Positions 11,694-26,339 of a stretch of 64,000 bases of DNA are shown one piece after another. Source of the DNA: Octopus vulgaris (lineage: Eukaryota); contig OX597823.1 in the NCBI GenBank assembly GCA_951406725.2, forward strand, positions 62,062,001 to 62,126,000, written 5' to 3'. The notes below the pieces were generated by a model. It was not told the DNA's origin, searched no databases, and saw only the letters and a program-made list of their open reading frames with translations. Positions within the stretch are counted from its first letter, which is position 1; every line of letters starts with the position of its first letter. A program made the position numbers and the translations under genes.

Positions 11694-13201
11694 GTTCATT
11701 TATTTTCAATCTACAGGGAAATAGATAAATTTACCCTATTTCTATATCTGCTACACAGGTTGTGTGTGTGTGTAAAAAACAGTAACTGACCTTTACAGTT
11801 TCTTGATTGCAACCTTAACCTTCCTAAAATTCTGATTACACTCATTGATACTTGAATAGAAGTTGGCGTGAAGAAGAGAGAGAGAGAGAGAGAGATTTTA
11901 GTTCAAACTTTGATGCTTCAGAATTCTGAATTTGATTTTCATCTGTGTACATTTGGTTATTACATGTTTATTAACTGCTTACGCTACACTTCAATGTATG
12001 CCTGTGGATATTATTATTGATTTCTTTTGTCTAGGCCCAAGACTAGTTTCATATGGAAATGAATATTTTTATTATTACTGTTCAATAGGGTGGTGAATTG
12101 ACTGAATAAATAGACCATTGGACAAAGTACCTTGTGGTATCTAATTATGATTGTTTACCTTCTGAGTTCAGATCCCACCAAGTTCAACTTCACTTTTCAT
12201 CCCTCTGGTGTCAATAAAGTTAAGTACCAAACAAGTACTAGTGTCATGGCATTAAATCAACCCTTCCCTTCGAAATTGTTGGCCTTAGGTCTACATGAAA
12301 ATGATTATTACTGTTTCATGCTATACAACACTCTATACTCTCTGTCTTTGGATTGTTCCAGCAGTATATCAGTTTCTCTATGAGAATAGATTGTTAGTTG
12401 TTCACTCAACCTGTCCATGTTACTGGTACAGAGATGCTGTGAATGGTCCCTTAGAGGACTCTGCACAGCACACCATACTTGATTCAGAGAGAGAGAGAGA
12501 GAGAGTGGGGGTGGAAGTTGGATGGTTCTTTATCAACTCCAGAAGGATGAAAAGCAAAGTTGACCATGGCAATAGTTGAACACAGAGCACTGATAGTGAA
12601 AAGAAATATCGCTAAGTATTTTTTAAAATATTTTAATGGCTATGTCAATTTGATGCATAAAGTTGAATAGATATGGTTAATGAGATTAAAGTTCAGTATT
12701 TAGTTTATCTATTATTGACTAATGAATGATAGTTGAATTTGTACAGAGTGTGCTGAGGCTTGACAAATTAATTACTTGTTTGGTCCTCAGTCAATCTTGA
12801 TTGAGCAGATTTATGATAAAAGACATTACAACCATGTCATCTTTTCCCCCCATAAAATGGTATATTGAGAATTAGATACCAATGCATCCCTCCTCACTTT
12901 TGTTTTTTTTTTGCAAATGGTAAAGTATGATTTTATAGCTGTTTCTAGCAGGCCAAGTGTAGATGTGTTTTCAGCTAAAAAAAAAAAAATGTATGTTACA
13001 TAGTATATGACTGTTTCACTATCTTATTCACAAAGCTTATGGTTTCTGCTCTGCATTTTTTAGTATTGTGTTCAGTTTCAGATTCCAGGCACCCTCAGCT
13101 GAGGCTGCAAGGAATCATTTTTTTTCTTTGTGTTTATTTTTTTCAGATTTCTCATACAATACATGAAGATTATATACATTTAATTGAGCTTATTATTTTA
13201 A

Positions 13202-13408
13202 CCCTTTAGCATTCAGATTAAATTGTATTATAATTCCTGTTTATGAACCTTGTCTTAAAATAACCAGGCATTAACCTGTACCATCAAGATTTTGATAATG
13301 TGATTGTCTATTCTTTGAATGACATCATAAGTGGGTGTGAGAGATCCAATCTGGTTGATTCAAACATAAAACAGGTGAGATATTTTGGCTGGTTTAAATT
13401 CTAAAATG
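13202..13408. mobile_element. piggyBac-like MITE, family B
   Basis: TTAA-CCCTTTAGCATT ... AAATTCTAAAATG-TTAA. Related copies at ~490-710, 15342-15540 (inside a SINE) and 31421-~31640. Confidence 0.7.
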
Positions 13409-16400
13409 TTAAAGCAAATGTAAGAACAACAGAACATTTACTGATGGGGGGAGTGACAAGAGTCGATACTAAGAATAGACAAATTTATTTTAAAATTTGC
13501 ATTGACAGTTTATTAAACCAGATGAATTTTATAATATAATATATGTACATACACAAACATTCACACACATATGTATTATATGATGGGCTTCTTTCAGTTT
13601 TCGTCTACAAAATCCACTCACAAGGCTTTGGTTGGCACAAGGCTATAGAAGACACTTGCCCACGGTGTAATACAGTGGGACTAAACTCAGAAACATATGG
13701 TTGGGGATCAAACTTCTTACCACACAGCCACACTTGTGTGTGTGTGTTTAACGTGTGGTAATGTATGTCATCGAATCCTGGGTAAATGGTATTTTAGCAT
13801 ATTTCAGTGTTAAAGAATTGGTGTTTTAAAGTGGGTCCTGCTGTATGAACAAGGCTTAAGTCTTATATACAACTATGCACACAGCCTGCATCCCTCTAAT
13901 AAGATATTTCCCATCCTGTTATTGGCTATCAGCTCAGTATCTCAGTGTATTTAATTGTGTTTATGTTAGAAGGCTGGGCTTTAAGGAGATAGTACTTTGA
14001 TTCCACTGCATGGAACTTTAAGTCTTCTGTTATTACAGCCTATGGCTGACCAGGGTCTTGTGAGTAAAATTTGGTCAGTAGAAACCATACAGAAGCCCTG
14101 TATGTGTGTGTCTTTTATCTTCAAGGCTTTTACATTGACATTACTTGGATTGTGATGACATTCGTTTATGTCTCCATTGAACAATATGTCCTACAGTTTG
14201 GAAGCTTGAGATGTGAAGACCAGTGAAATAAAGTACATTTCATGAATTTACTGTTTATTTCTGACATTGATTCAAGGTCTCACTAGGATGTGAGTTAATC
14301 ATATACTATATAACTGGTATTTTATTTTATCAACATCTGAAAGATGAACAGCAAAGTCAACCTCACCGGTGTGATTTGAACTGAGAATCTAAGGGCACAT
14401 AACTTACTTACAGTAAGGTATTTTTATCAGGCGTTCTTGTGATTCTTCCAATTCACTAAACTTTAATAATCAATAATACAAAATGTATTACTACTTTAAA
14501 AAGAAAAATATTTTGTTACTTGAAATTTAAAGCAAATACTAACATGTGAAATACTTATTTCTGTGGGGGTTTTTTTTTTCTCCACTATGCTTTCCTACAC
14601 AGGTGTATACTTTAATGCACTAGAAAATTATTGCAAATCTCTATACCTAAACCTTATACATAGCAAGACAGTTTTTATAATCTTGTTAAAGACCAAACTT
14701 TCATAAGAACCCTATATATAATTTTGTTCTGTGTTCTATATAACAATGTTTACTTAGTAAATCATTTTCTTGCTTTATTAATTGATTCTTCTTATGCTTT
14801 TTATTTTATACTTTTCACCAGCTACTTTCGTGTAATCAATAATATAATGTCATATCTTCCCTAAATTAATTAAATTCCAATCATATTAAACTGTTGTTTG
14901 ATCATATTTTTCTTTCTTCCTTTTTTTCTTGAAGATAAATATAATCAGTAAATTGCCTCATTAATTTATTTTAGCAATTACCTGATATTATTTGGTTACA
15001 GAGGCATGGTATGTAGTTTAGGTTTATCATTAACTATATCAATCTCATCATACTTTAATTATGTTAGTTTTTTGGGTTTTTGTTTTTTTAGTAATGTTAT
15101 GGCAATAAATTTTCCTCTGACACATTATTTGCTCTCTGAGTACATTTCAACCAGTTTGAAAGGTATTTTGGATTGGTGTTGTTCTTCTTCCTATTTATTT
15201 AAGTTGTTGGTATTATTGTTGTTTAGCCTTCAGATTATCCTTGATCAAGCAGATTGATAATCAAAGACATTCTGGCTATGGTCATTCCATCTTTTTGGTT
15301 TTTCAGTGATAGAGGTTCAACCCCACTGCATGGCACTTTAACCTCTTAGTAGTTAAAAAGGGCCATATCCAGCTCAGATACTCTGTTTTATGTTCAAACC
15401 AATCAGATCTGGCTTCTCATACTTACCTTACACTGTCATTCTAAAAAGTAAACAATCATATCTTCAAAATTTCGAAGCTACAAGATAATGCATAATTAAT
15501 TGAAAACAATATGAAGAAATTAACATTACATTTGATGGAGTTAAGGAAGTATCTTCTGCAGTAGCCTATGGCTAACCAAAGCCTTGTGAATGTAATTTGG
15601 CCAACAGTAACTGTACAGAAGCCCATTGTGTGTGTGTGTCCAAGTATTTAACATTGACATCACTAGGGCAATAATGACATTTGTTTATGTGTCCCATGAG
15701 CAATATGTCCTGCAGCTTGAGGGATTTGAAATGCGAGTACATTTCCTGAACACAAAGCAAAGGTTGATGACAAGAAAGGCATCTAGCCAAAGAATACTGC
15801 GTCTAGACACTTCATCTAACCTGTGTGTGCATGGAAAAAGTGGTCATGATGATGATGAGAATGACTGTATCTAGGACTATGCATCCTTCCTTTTTTTAAA
15901 GTATGAATTGAGGTTGTTATTTCTCGCAGATAGTGTAACCTCATTGAGGCTCACTCATTGGCTCATATTAGCAATGCTGTTGACGTTATTGCTGTTTGGA
16001 CCCAGTTCAATTCTTTCATTCTGTCTTTTTGTGTATTTATGATTACATCCCTTACTTTTTAAGATGGCGGGATGTAATTTGAAGGGATTTGGCTGCTATT
16101 TTTAGCAAGACAAGTGACTATGTTGAGGTTCAATGATGATGTTGATTCTATGGTAAATACCGCTGTTGATCTAAGATGTAAAAGTGTTATTTAGCCATAG
16201 GTTTCCAGGCTTGTATTAATAAGTAAGATATTTGTAGGGCTGTTTCACTGAACAGAATACTTTGTGGTATTTGTTCTGATTCTCTGTGTTCTGACTTCAG
16301 ATCCTGCCTAACTCAACTTGGTTTCTTATCCTTCTGGGGTTGATAAAGTGTTTGTCATATACTAGGGCCAGTTCTTTGCTTTCTCTGTCAAATCCATTGC

Positions 16401-17821
16401 AAGCTATGATAAGCCTGTAGCCCCTAGTTTAAAAACCAGTCCAGAAAACTCTTATGGGAGGCAAACTAATCCGGCACGGTGTACACTGAAACCTTTTTCT
16501 GTCTCTACTTAGGACTACATTACGCTCTCTAATTTTAACAGTAGGGTATGATTTTAAGGAGATTTGGCTACTTCTAGCAGATCAAGGAAAGATACAGGTT
16601 TGCTTGTTGGCTAATTCTCTGAGGTATGTTATTAATAGCTTTGCCACAACACCAAAGAGTGACTCTTTGAATTTACTTGTGCTACTTTTTATGTTATTGT
16701 TATAATATCAGATAATCCATAACATATTTCCAATGAAATATTTTGGGGGTTTTGTATGGTTTTTGTAATAAAAAAGAAAGAGAGAGAGAAATAATCTAAT
16801 GCTAGAATATGCAGAAGTCATCATACTCAACCAACCATATCTTATATATTAAGAAAATATAAATTTATGTAGAAAGCTAATCTTAACCTATGGTGTCTCG
16901 GTTACTTCTCATACATAGGTTTCTATTATTTCATATTTTTCATTCTCGTTCTTTTTATCCTGCTGTTTTATACTCATTTTTTGACCTTGATATGAATGTG
17001 ATTTCTTTTTTTTTTGAGCAATTATTTTTGCAGTAGGATGTTACACTTTGTTTTGAATTGTGCCAGCCAAGCGACTAAAGCAATCAATCAGAAACACATA
17101 AAAAGGAAAAAGATAAAATAAAAGAAAAAAACTGGGCAAACTTCTGTGAAAAAGACTTCTGAAATTTCTAATCTTGACCTTAGGTGTAGGTGTGGCTTTC
17201 TTAGGTGTAGGTGTAGTCTTGGGTTCAGTCTCACTGCATGATATCTTGGACAAGCATCTACTATAACCCTGGCCAGCCACAACCCTATGAGTGCATTTAG
17301 TAGACAGAAACTAAAAGAAGCCCAATGTGTGTGTGTGTGTGTGTGTGATAGACTCTCCTGTCAAAGATGATGTATGAATGTTCAGTGAGAAGGCAGAAAT
17401 AAAAATCCAACCAAAAAGATAATCATCAGCCATTCACCAATGCTTACAGTTCATTCACTTCACCTGGTGACTCCATGTGAGTCCTTAAGCCACACAAAAG
17501 CAATATGGAAACCAGCACATGGTCTAGCTGAGAAATTACAATGTGGACAATGTTGTTTTGCAGGAAGACTGCATGCTTGTGCAATGTTTGTCCTCCACCA
17601 CCACTTGACAGTTGTTGTTGGTTTGTTTATAACCCTGTAATTTAGCAGTTCAGCAAACACATTCTGATAGAATAAGTATCAAACTTAGAAAATTAGTAGT
17701 GAGGTTAATTTGTTTGACTAAAAATTTTCCAAGACAGTGTCCCACCATGACCACAGTCCAGTGACTGAAACAAGTAAAAGATAAAGGTATAATTTTAAGT
17801 TTAATGCCTTAACATCGCAGC

Positions 17822-18620
17822 CATCATCATCATCAATGTTTAGTGTCTGTTTTCCATGCCGTCATGGATTAGACAGTTTGACTGGAACCGGTAAGTCACA
17901 GAGCTGCACTAGGCTCCAGTCTGTTTTGACATGGTTTCTATGGCTGGATGCCCTTCCGAGTGGCTGTGTGGTAAGTAGCTTGCTTACCAACCACATGGTT
18001 CTGGGTTCAGTCCCACTGCGTGGCACCTTGGGCAAGTGTCTTTTACTATAGCCTCAGGCCGACCAAAGCCTTGTGAGTGGATTTGGTAGACGGAAACTGA
18101 AAGAAGCCTGTCGTATATATGTATATATATATATATATGTGTGTGCATGTATGTTTGTGTGTCTGTGTTTGTCCCCCTAGCATTGCTTGACAACCGATGC
18201 TGGTGTGTTTATGTCCCCGTCACTTAGTGGTTTGGCAAAAGAGACTGATAGAATAAGTACTGGGCTTACAAAGATAAGTCCTGGGGTCGAGTTGCTCGAT
18301 TAAAGGCGGTGCTCCAGTATGGCCGCAGTCAAATGACTGAAACAAGTAAAAGAGTAAAGAAAGTACAGATACCTTTAACATACTACCAGCATGGATGCCT
18401 CTAATGCATCACCAGCACTGGCCATGACTACAATTCCACCAAGCTTGATGGGTCTCCTCAAGCGCAGCAAATCACCAATAATCTCGGTGACTTGTCATTG
18501 TCTCCGTGATATTCAACATCTGAAGATCATATTTTACCACTTCATCTCATGTCTTCTACAGGTTCCCTCAATAGTTAGAAATTGGATCTTCTTTATGCAG
18601 CTGTCTGCCTGTATGAAACT
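17822..18620 (-). mobile_element. RTE-type LINE 3' end split by a SINE
   Basis: (CAT)n tail at 17822, with sequence matching the RTE 3' ends at 60340-61360; resumes after the SINE at ~18365. Confidence 0.65.
17958..18362 (+). mobile_element. Near full-length tRNA-derived SINE, the dominant family in the window
   Basis: A-box TGGCTGTGTGG, B-box GGTTCAGTCC, internal (TA)n(TG)n, 3' end GAAACAAGTAAAAGAG; more than ten related copies in the window. Confidence 0.9.
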
Positions 18621-21600
18621 AGCTAATTTCAAAGGAATATTTAAATCATTTGTAGATAATCATAACTGTAATTAGCTCCACATCCTCTTCCTCCATGTCT
18701 CCATAAGAATATGCCTCTTTCTGTAAGAAATCAATTTTTCAACATATCTAACTTCCATGTGAAGATAGATATTGTTGAAAATCTGATCCAAATTGTGTGG
18801 TAAATATCAGGTAATATTACATAACATACAGTGAGTTAAATTAGATTCAATTTAATACATGTAAACATGCTTAAACATAATTTAATCTCCTTTTTTTTTC
18901 TCTTTCTCTCAATTTTCCTTTGTTGAAAGTGTGTGTTTAAACTATGTATTACAAGACAACATTTAAGATTTTCAAAATTTAGTTGACTGTTTCTTTTTAT
19001 TTTCTGTTTCATTTGTAAATTTTTATTATCATTTGTTTCAAATTTATTTTTCTATTTGGAAATAAATACACTCACTTGTAAGTCAAAATATATTTAAACA
19101 TAATTGCGTAACATTTTTCTTCTATAAACATGTTAAGTTTACTTAATCTCATGAAAATTTCTTTTATATTTATGAATTTGCTACAAAACATATGTTACAT
19201 ATCAAAGTTGTAATCCCAGATTCTTCTTTCTTTCTTTCTATTACATTGAAATTAACTCAGTTGCACACATGTATGCATGCATGTGTGTGTAGCAGATTAA
19301 TGTAAGAAACTGTTCAACAGAATGTTTTTAAGATTGAGCCTTGGAATAAATATTTCACGCAATTTTCTAAAATATCAGTTTTTCTTTTCTTTGAGTTTGC
19401 ATTTGAAAATCTCCCAATATTTTCCTGGCTTTTTTTTTCTCCTTTTCACATTACATTATATATATATATATATATATATTTATTTATTTTTCTTATAAAG
19501 TTATCCATTACCTTTTTTCGGTTTCTTCATTTTAATTTTCACTCATTTCTTCCTACATCGAATTCGAAGATTATTCTGAAAAAATACAGTTAGTCTCTAA
19601 CCTAGATTTGGACATATTAGTATGTTAGAATGAAATGTATAGCACAGCAATGATTCTACCAGCTATTTACTAGAGATATCTTGAGAAACCTTTCTAGAAT
19701 TTAATAAGACTAACATGTATCTGAATAACAAAAAAACTTGAAGACAAAATTACTATTTGCAAAGAATATGTTGAAAAAGTAAAAGTAGTGTAGAAATAAT
19801 TATACTTGGAGAATAATTATTAGTATTGTGTGTGTATGTGTGTGTGTGTGTGTGTTTACGTTTGTGGTGAATGTGTTAGTAGTAATAGTAGTAATTTTCT
19901 CATTTCTTTGTGCAACAATTTAGCATTCACATTTGTCACTCTATTCCAAATTAGATATTGAAAACGCTTTCATCTTGGACTATGCAAATTTAAGTAAAAA
20001 AAAAAAAAAAAAGTGAAACGAGTTATGAATATCAATTTTAATATTAAATATGCCAGCATGTATTGCTCAGTGGAATTGTAAATCTTGGTTTGGAAATATT
20101 AAATGAGACAAATCTGTTTCTTAAATTCGAATTGAAGTGTGTGTGTGTGTGTAAGAAGTAGATATTACAGAAAACAAGATTATCCTTTGTATAACCTTCT
20201 ATGGAATTTTGCTTAGTATTGCAATATTTCACTTTTATTTGGTGAAGACGTGTGTTAGAGAATGAATACTTCAAAAGGAACTACCACTTAATCGGTTTTA
20301 TGTATATATGGTGGGCCATAATTTCTAAATAGCTACATAATCTAGTATTAATGCTGCCTGGTCCTACTTTGTGGTAAAATAAGTAACTTAAGCAAAAATG
20401 GGCAGCCATAAAATCTTTTCTCCCAACCAAAATAGTTGAAAGCAGTGAACTGGGTTATCCATAAACATTACCCATAAACTGTGTTAATTGTAAATCCTTC
20501 TTTATTATTCCTAACAACTGCAATTTTATATTTCAAGGCAATATAGATGTGTTGGATAAAAAACGGCCGTGAATCAGCCAGGGCACAAAGAAATACAGTG
20601 AAAGGCTATATTGGGAAGAAATTTTTGAGCTCTAAATAGAGTTAAAGGAATAGGAATAGACTGACTCATTAAGGAAAAATCAATTGATCTGACTGATCAA
20701 AAAATATCAATAAATTTGGTAGCCCAAAACATAAAGATCAGGTTAATCCTTTTCATACCTTTCTATCTGAGATCTCCCTTGGTTCTATAATATAAACTTC
20801 CTGTTCTAAAGTGATTTGAATTAAAAACCTTTCGTTAAAATTTCATATTTATGTTCCAAACATCAGCTTAATAATGGCAAAGATATTTTACTAAATACTT
20901 AAATTATTTTCAAAATTAATTAAAACAAAGTGTGTATTTCAACAGATATATAGTAACCAACAGACATATAGTAACCAAGTTGACTGGTTGTAAACGTAAC
21001 TACAGAGGAATGTCTACAGAAGAAGAAAAATCTTTAAGTTTTGATATTTTTCAAAGAGACCTTGGTAAAATATTCTTGGATACTTTGAGATATTTCTATT
21101 TCCCTTAGGTCCTCACTATTATAAGTCGATTTGAATATACTTATTAAAGCTGTTAGATTAACATAGCTCTGATGTTTGCAATAAAACTTGTTGATTGTAT
21201 TTCTAAAATATTGCAAGTATGAGGGAGCCTTTAGGTAAACATTCCTGAGGGATTAACTCTACTGTCCATTATCAGTTGCCTTGTAATTGACGTCGTATTT
21301 TACTTTATAGATCATTGCTGCCTGAAGCTATACTGGCATCTTAGATTGCGACAGAGCTAATTCCCCAAGTAGAAGTACTTTTACCTGCTACATGAGAGGC
21401 ATGCAAAACTCTTTTTCTAGTTTCAGAGAAAAGCCATTTATATTTAATAGAATGATGAAATAATGTCTATTATTGGTTTTTCTTCAAGTCAGAACAAGTT
21501 TAAGATTTTTTTTTTTGGCTTTTATTTTTTTATTAATTTAAATTCAGGAACTAGTGAAACACGAAGAGCAAGCGAACATCACGACAAGCACTTGATGTTG

Positions 21601-22092
21601 TTGTAAATGTAAATGGAAGTTTTTCAGTAAGGATACCTTGTCAAAAGTAATTTAAGATGCTAAATCATTCCTTTTAATATTATCTTTTCTTTACAAATTT
21701 TATTTTTCTATTCTTATTATCCTGCCATGCTACACACACACACGCACACACTCAAATTTGACAGATAATCGCTGTCTTACATTTCTATATCTACCTCTTC
21801 TGTATTACAGATATTTTTGCCTTTTGATATTTGATATCCAAAGAATTAAAATAAGTCTAACTCTTCATTACATCTTATATCTATTATCAAAAATAATCAA
21901 TTATTTGTTTTAGTCATTGTCATCATCATAAACCTCATTATTTTATCCTCATCGCAGCCATACTGAGGTACTGCTTTGAAGGGTTTACCAAACTATTAAG
22001 TTACATGGATGAGAACAAGCCTATACCCATCATAGGCAGTGAAACAAAAACACAATGACACTTATGCATACTCATACAAAACATATATATAT

Positions 22093-22124
<32 letters not shown>

Positions 22125-23144
22125 TTGAGAAAGTCTGCATTAACTGGGGCTCTGTTAGTTACAGCAGTAGAGTGTTCCAAATTTATTTTCTATTTGGATA
22201 TTTTCTATTTGGCCTACTCATGAAATTAATGTGCAAGTGGCTGAGCACTCCATAGACATATATACCCTTAATGTGGTTCTTGGGGAGAATCAGCATTACA
22301 GAATGGAAAAAGGCTAGGTCTTTGATATACAGGTACTATTCATTTTCTTCTAGTTGAGTGGATTAGAGCAATGTTAAATAAAAATGTCTTGCTCAAGGAC
22401 ACAAATATACCACCAGGAATGAAATTCAATACGCTAACCACTAAGCCACACATCTTCACAAATATATATGTATATATGTATACACACACACACACACGCA
22501 CACACAGTTGCCACACAGTTTCTATCAGCCAAATTTACTCACAAGACATGGGTCTGTCTGAGGCTATTGAAGAAGAAATTTGCCTGAAGAGCTGCACAGT
22601 GAAACTGAACCTAAACCGCATGGTTGCAGCACAAACTTCTTAACCACACAGCCATGTAGGTGAGGATGGGGCAAGAATACTGGCATATACATTGGGTAGG
22701 TGTTATTACATCTCTACATTTATTGTGGTATCTTGTCCTCTGATACATGCACAAACTGAGAAAAAGCCAGCCATAATATTTTTGGCACTGTAGGTTTTTT
22801 TGTTGTTTTTTTTTTGGTGGGGAGGTTATCTTTTTCTTTTCTTTCTTACTTGCTTGGCCTGGCGGAAAAGGTAGCAGCTGTGGTTTTCTCAGGCCTTGCA
22901 AGACTAGTAAGACAGATGCTTTTAATGCTCATCTTAAACCATTGCAAATCAGAACCTGTGGGTTAATACCTTTCCTATCACCAACCACTTTACAATGTGG
23001 ACTCAGTGCCTTTATTGGGCCACAAACCATAGAGAATTAGTCAATAATAGGATTAAGGAGACTTCGTTACCCTTCCTGTCATATAAATTGAATACAATGA
23101 TGACAATAAGGATCATGGCAGCACATTTGTAGTGTATAGTTTGT

Positions 23145-23191
<47 letters not shown>

Positions 23192-23489
23192 TCATTTAAC
23201 ATCAATTTTCCATGTTGGCATGGAGTGGACAGTTCAACAGGAGTTGGCAAGCTGGAGAGCTACACCATGCTCTGTTTGTTCTGGCATGATTTCTACAGCT
23301 GGATGCCCATCCTAACACCAACCACTTTACAAAGTTACTGGGTGCTTTTTACATAGCACCAGCATAAGTGGGTCAAATTTGATGGTACAAGTTTCTGATC
23401 AAAAACATTTCAACTATGGCCATCTCATCTTTTTGGATATCTAGATCAACATTGTTGAATAAGTTCTTACTTTTTTTTTTAAGATGCCA

Positions 23490-23750
23490 GAGCATGGTCT
23501 ACCAGACAGTGATTTTTATTTCTAACAGACATAGTTTGATGGAGGTTGACTGGCATTTCTAGCAGGTAGCGGGTAGGGCTTGATATGAGGGAGATTGATT
23601 GCTCTTCCTTGCAGGTAGAGGGTAGATTGGCTACTGTCTCTGGAAGTTAGCAGATGGGGCATGGCTTAAGGGAGATTGGTTGCTATTTCTAATAGACAGA
23701 GGGTAGGCCATGGTTTGAGGGAGATTGGCTGCTATTTATAACATGTCTAG
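23490..23750. repeat. Local tandem amplification of a ~50-60-bp unit (GGTAGGGC..TTTGAGGGAGATTGGCTGCTATTTCTAGCAG)
   Basis: Four to five diverged units. The same motif is the end of a dispersed repeat seen at ~9160, ~16080 and ~37500. Confidence 0.65.
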
Positions 23751-24403
23751 TGTTTTGGATTGGTAACTGAAGTTCTACTTTAAACTTAAATCTTTCTAAT
23801 GACTATTGACAATCTATTCCATCTGTTTTCTACACATATTGTTTCAATAATGTTAGTTCACTTATAATCCTAGTTCATTGTTAATTGGTGGAGATTACAC
23901 AATTTCCAAAAGATAATTAACTGACAAGAGACAATGTATTGGTGATTCTTTATTGTTAGACAACGTCAACTGATTAATGTTAGAAACCTTTTAGATTATC
24001 TTAGAAGCAATAAAACTACATTTGTTTTGGAATGCTTGGTATAAATTTCAAAAGATTTTAAAAGGAAATCAATGAATGTGTTAATGACAAATTCTAGAAA
24101 TGATATCAAAGTTGACAAACTTGATCTAATAAAAAATTTAGAAATATAAAACAGTTTTTTCTAAATCTTGTAAGTGTGTATTAGTGATTAATCATCTTAC
24201 TAGTTAAGTTAGTTTCAAGATTAAACAGTCACCATCTTGATGATGTCCTTGAAATACAATCTTCACCGTATGATATATTGTTCTTCCACTTCTCTTAGTA
24301 ATTAGCTGAGCCAACCACTGAATGTTCCTTTGTGGTCATTTGAACTTCTAGAAATCAGAGCTAAATCTTCCTTGTACCATATTCTACTAACTTAAGATAT
24401 TGG

Positions 24404-24826
24404 CAGGGTTAGATTAAGACCCTTAGAGGTCCAATGCACTTAAAAGATTTTGGTGCCCCCATATATATGTAATTCAAAATAGAAACAATAATAAACCATA
24501 GAATAAAATTTAATTTTTCAAAATGAAACAAAATTAACAGTAAGATGAGAAATAATCTCTATATGTGTACACTTCCACTTTATTTATATTTCAAAAGTTT
24601 TATCCTTTTTTTTTTTATTGCGAAGTTTTTGATCAGATCCTCAAAATTAATCTTGCATAACACATCTACTTCTATACTAAGTTAAGACAAGGCATCCTAG
24701 ATTTTCTTTTAGTAAGTTTAAAGTGATTTCTTTTGCTCTCTAAACATTTACCATTTCTGTGGTTCCCCACCTTTCCTTGATGCCCAAAACATGTACTTAG
24801 TTTGCTTAATGGTTAATCCAGCACTG
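24404..24826 (-). mobile_element. Non-autonomous hAT element with transposase C-terminal remnant
   Basis: TIRs CAGGGTTAGATTAA / TTAATCCAGCACTG; 8-bp TSD GATATTGG/AATATTGG; minus-strand LSIEVDVLCKINFEDLIKNFAIKK resembles the hAT dimerization domain. Confidence 0.85.
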
Positions 24827-25149
24827 AATATTGGATAATAAAGTCAAGGGTAGCTTTCTACACATGAAAAAATTGTGGGGTTTGAAAGTAGAACACAGAC
24901 AAATTGCCAGGTTTAATAAAATGAAGATAATTTAATTTTTTGTTAATAAAGAGGAAAAAGGACAAAGCAATTTCCCTATGTTTTGTTAGAGAGAACCTAG
25001 TATTTGTCAATTTGAAAACCAGAGGAACACTGGTATATGGTACAGTATTTTTGGACATGAAATGGTCATGTTTAGAATAATCACAGATCTGCTCACTTGG
25101 GTCTGACATGGAATTTGACATCAAACATCATCTGCTACTTCATATGCTA

Positions 25150-25485
25150 AAAAAGGATAAAAATTCCCTTCAGTCATGAATGACCATGGAATTGCACCTA
25201 GAAAGTTCTCCAAGGTACAAGCCCAAGCAAGGTTGTTTATTGAAAATCAGCAGTCACCCATGCATACCAGCCTCTTCTTTCTACGCCACTAATGTTATCC
25301 ATGGGAAAAAGCAAACTTCGATACAGCTTGGCACCAGTGACATTGCAACTAATTTCTACAGAGCTGAGTGAACTGGAGCAACATGAAATAAAGTGTCTTG
25401 CTCAAAAGCACAACACACCACCCAGTCCAGGAATCAAACTCACTACCTCATGATTGTGAACCCAACACCCTAACCACTGAGCCAG
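25150..25485 (-). mobile_element. tRNA-derived SINE (second copy at ~62050-62352)
   Basis: Minus strand begins GGCTCAGTGGTTAGGG with a B-box-like GTTTGATTCC; body shared with 62050-62352. Confidence 0.75.
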
Positions 25486-26339
25486 TTACATATACTGGCT
25501 CATGACACACATTACCTGCACTTTGGCTAATGTATCTTATCCGAACAAGTTTCAGTAAAAGTGATATTATTTTTATCTACAGATATTTTTCGATGATTGA
25601 TTAATGAGTCCTGTTTTAACGAGGGTGGAAATATATTTTTACTGATTTTATATCTAGTTTTGGTCTGTGGATTATTCATTTTTTTTTTTTTTTTTGTTCA
25701 TTTCTGAGGTGTACTTACAAGGCAAGTGGTTTGATATGAGACTGTGTCAAAACTAAAACAATTTCATCATGGAAGACACATATCAGCCATTCAAAAATAC
25801 ACAAAGACTTAACTTCACTTAAACATTTCACTGTGTAACACGATTTTTGTCCTTGAGTAGCAACTGTTATTCCCTATTTGTTTACCCCTAAAAGTATGAA
25901 AAATGGTTGATATTGCCTACAAATTTTGCTTTTATTACATTTATTCAAATCCCAAACAATTCCTCTCAGCACATGGCTATGATGCTCCCCCACTACTCCT
26001 GTTCATCATCAGAGATGCACATATCACCAGCCACTAAGGAACATGTTCAAGTGGTTACAGTCAAGCAATTGATAAGGAAATCTGTGATACTGAGCAGAAT
26101 ATTTGCTATAATGATATTTCTGCTTCAGCATCTCAGCACTGAATCTGTCTGAAATGTAATGGAAAACAGGTCAGTGTCAAAACATTGATGTCCAAGTCAC
26201 AAATGCAAAGTTTGAAGGGAATAGTAGTCAATTCCTTTCATTTCTAGATAGAATCGAATAGGAAATAACATTTATTGACCAAACACGCACAAAAAAAAAA
26301 ATATATATATAAATTTTGTTACACAGAGATATCAAAATT

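Noticed and set aside
17958-18030. tRNA-like heads with A/B boxes
   Set aside because: They continue into SINE bodies and lack a complete cloverleaf, so no tRNA genes are called.
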